Origin: Octopus sinensis
Lineage: Eukaryota
Length of the DNA stretch: 64,000 nucleotides
Assembly (NCBI RefSeq): GCF_006345805.1
Contig: NC_043014.1
Span: 36,208,001 to 36,272,000 of the forward strand
Reading direction: 5' to 3'
Program-made: the position numbers and the translations under genes
In this document: one piece after another, positions 61,606-64,000 of the stretch
How positions within the stretch are numbered: position 1 is the stretch's first letter
Layout of the letters: every line of letters starts with the position of its first letter
The notes under the pieces: generated by a model
The model's database searches: none
What the model saw: the letters and a program-made list of their open reading frames with translations, nothing else
What the model was told of the DNA's origin: nothing

Positions 61606-61654
61606 AGGCCATAGTGTAGGAAGCCATCATCACTATCATCATAGCTAGCAACAT
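61606..61654 (-). CDS. Ig gene C exon 1: signal peptide MLLAMMIVMMASYTMA
   Basis: ATG at 61654, donor gcc t|gtaagt (phase 1). Confidence 0.85.
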
Positions 61655-61895
61655 CGTTAATCTTGAAAGACTATTGTAAAGCAGAAGTAGAAATGATTGT
61701 CGGCTCCCAGACGAAAAGATGTGTTTGTTACAAAAAGTTCAGTCGAAATGATAAAACAACAAAAAATTAAGAGAAAAACGCAATATATGTGTGAATGAGA
61801 GAGGGAGTGAGACTCGAAGTGTGAGTGAAGCTGAGATTGTTTCATCTTGCAGTTTGTTTCTCTCGGTCTCTCTCTCTCTCCCACTCTGTATTCCC

Positions 61896-61935
<40 letters not shown>

Positions 61936-62349
61936 CACTCACTTCATTTATACTTCGAGAAGAATTCATTTATATCACATAGAAAACAGTTTGGTAAAAA
62001 GTAAAGACCAAACACACATACAGACGCCGCGTGCACACACCACAAACACACACACACACGTATACACACACACACAACACACACACACGCGTGTGCAGAC
62101 ACACACACACACACACACGCACACACGTATACACACATACAAACAAAGAGGGAAAAAGAAGATAGTGAGTATCAATATATTAAGCGAATGAGTGAGTAGA
62201 AGTATTGTGATTAAGAAAGAGACGGTCACTAAGAACGCGTGTGAGTAAAGTGACGACGGAAGATAAAAGTGAAAGTGAAAAAGGGAGATAAGAAAAAAGA
62301 TTGACAAGGAAATGTTAGAGTGAGAGTATAAAAAACGCTATGAAAAAGA

Positions 62350-62393
<44 letters not shown>

Positions 62394-62412
62394 TAGACAA
62401 CGTCAGAGGGAA

Positions 62413-62469
<57 letters not shown>

Positions 62470-62509
62470 AAAAACATTCAAAAATTCTCTTTTTTAATAC
62501 AGTTACTCT

Positions 62510-62737
62510 CTTTTCTCTCTTTCACTTGTTTCAGTCATTTGAGTGCGGCCATGCTGGAGCACCGCTTTTAGTCGAGCAACCCGACTGGCGAGACTTATTC
62601 TTTGTAAGCCCAGTACTTATTCTATCGGTCTCTTTTGCCGAACCGCTAGGTGACGGGGACGTAAACACACCAGCATCGGTTGTCAAGCGATGCTAGAGGG
62701 ACAAACACAGACACACAAACATACACACACACACACA

Positions 62738-62777
<40 letters not shown>

Positions 62778-62783
62778 GTATTT

Positions 62784-62842
<59 letters not shown>

Positions 62843-62960
62843 TACGATAGGCTTCTTTCAGTTTCCGTCTACCAAATCCACTCACGAGGCTTTGGTCGGC
62901 CCGAGGCTATAGCAGAAGACACTTGCCCAAGATGCCACGCAGTGGGACTGAACCCAGAAC
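62510..62960 (-). mobile_element. SINE family A, head truncated
   Basis: Reverse-complement match; same relative position as 26388-26787. Confidence 0.85.
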
Positions 62961-62989
62961 CAGTTAGTTGGTATTTTATCTAAATGAAA

Positions 62990-63225
62990 GGTGGCGAGCT
63001 GGCAGAAGCGTTAGCACGCCGGGCGAAATGCTTTGCGGTATTTCGTCTGCCGTTACGTTGTGAGTTCAAATTCCGCCGAGGTCGACTTTGCCTTTTATCC
63101 TTTCGGGGTCGATAAATTAAGCACCAGTTACGCACTGGAGTCGATGTAATCGACTTAATACCTATGTCTGTCCTTGTTTGTCCCCTCTATGTTTAGTCCC
63201 TTGTGGGTAATAAAGAAATAGGTAT
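62990..63225 (+). mobile_element. SINE family B
   Basis: Matches 15879-16105. Confidence 0.88.
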
Positions 63226-63412
63226 TTTATCTAAATGATTTTTCAATATGGCCCTGAGTGGAGAGGCTACCTTAAGTTCCTGTTGTGGTCGCAATGGTAC
63301 ACCCCATCCCACGGGACAAGTAATATGAATCGGCCACTATAAAGTGAGACGACGTCAACCAATGCACAGAGTCTTTTGTCCGTCGTTGTACAAGTTCTCG
63401 GTCGTAGGTAAG

Positions 63413-64000
63413 GGATCTTTTCGGTTTGAACGGCAGTTTTTAACATAATTTCTAGGTAACTAAAAAATTTTAAACCTCGTATACTCGTAGAATGTGTTTA
63501 TAAAACATCATTTTCTCTTGGCTTTCTTGAGAAAATTCTGTAGTTTGTAACATATTTCGTCTTTAATTTCTTGCCTTTCGGCAATTTTAACCAATCAATG
63601 ACATCTATTGAGGTAAAAAGCATTCTGTGTCGTATGAATATGTCCCTCCTTTAAGAAACAGATTGGGCTTATTTACATTTGTGAATAAAAAAAGATACCC
63701 TTCCCCCACCCCTAACCTTAACCCTAACCCTAACTAACCCTTAATCGAAAATAGATTGAAATGCAATAGATCGATACTAGGGTCATAATTATGAGTGACA
63801 ATTTCATATGACACCGCTAGAAAAACTGCCATTTTCTCTAGCGGTGTCATATGAAATTGTCACCCATAATTATGTTCCTAGAATCGATCTATTGCATTTC
63901 AATCTATTTTAGATTTAGGGTTAGTTAGGGTTAGGGTTAGAGGTGAGGGAAGGGTATCTTTTTTTCTTCACAAATGTAAGTAAACCCAATCTGTTTCTTA
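63413..64000. mobile_element. Two Merlin-like MITE copies joined tail to tail (foldback)
   Basis: 63413-63830 forward, missing the outer part of the right TIR, followed directly by an inverted copy from about 63833. Confidence 0.8.

Overview
AT-rich, microsatellite- and transposon-dense animal genomic DNA. The SINE and MITE families look like those of Octopus genomes (recognition from memory, no search run). The main content is a tandem array of three paralogous minus-strand genes that the ORF track does not assemble: A (CDS 25527->17289), B (47124->37584) and C (61654->53755). Each has a 49-nt Met-rich signal-peptide exon, a V-type Ig-like exon and a C2-type Ig-like exon, all joined by phase-1 GT-AG introns. 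The proteins are strongly diverged, while signal exons, splice sites and flanking non-coding blocks are well conserved. B and C stop a few nucleotides before the exon-3 donor by apparently different mutations (predicted secreted proteins of 223 and 222 aa). A stays open into a phase-1 donor whose next exon I could not find. The duplicated unit appears to include the GC-rich promoter and ATG-only first exon of a neighbouring minus-strand gene (about 7568-7830; decayed copy about 33970-34110). The rest is decayed mobile DNA: mariner/maT/Tigger transposons, RTE, CR1/L2-type and RLE-type LINEs, Penelope-like elements with hammerhead-ribozyme-like motifs, a Gypsy LTR-gag relic, non-autonomous Helitrons, a Merlin-like MITE, several tRNA-derived SINE families and long palindromes. 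Most ORFs in the supplied track are microsatellite or SINE artefacts. Exon coordinates were counted base by base; transposon boundaries are approximate.
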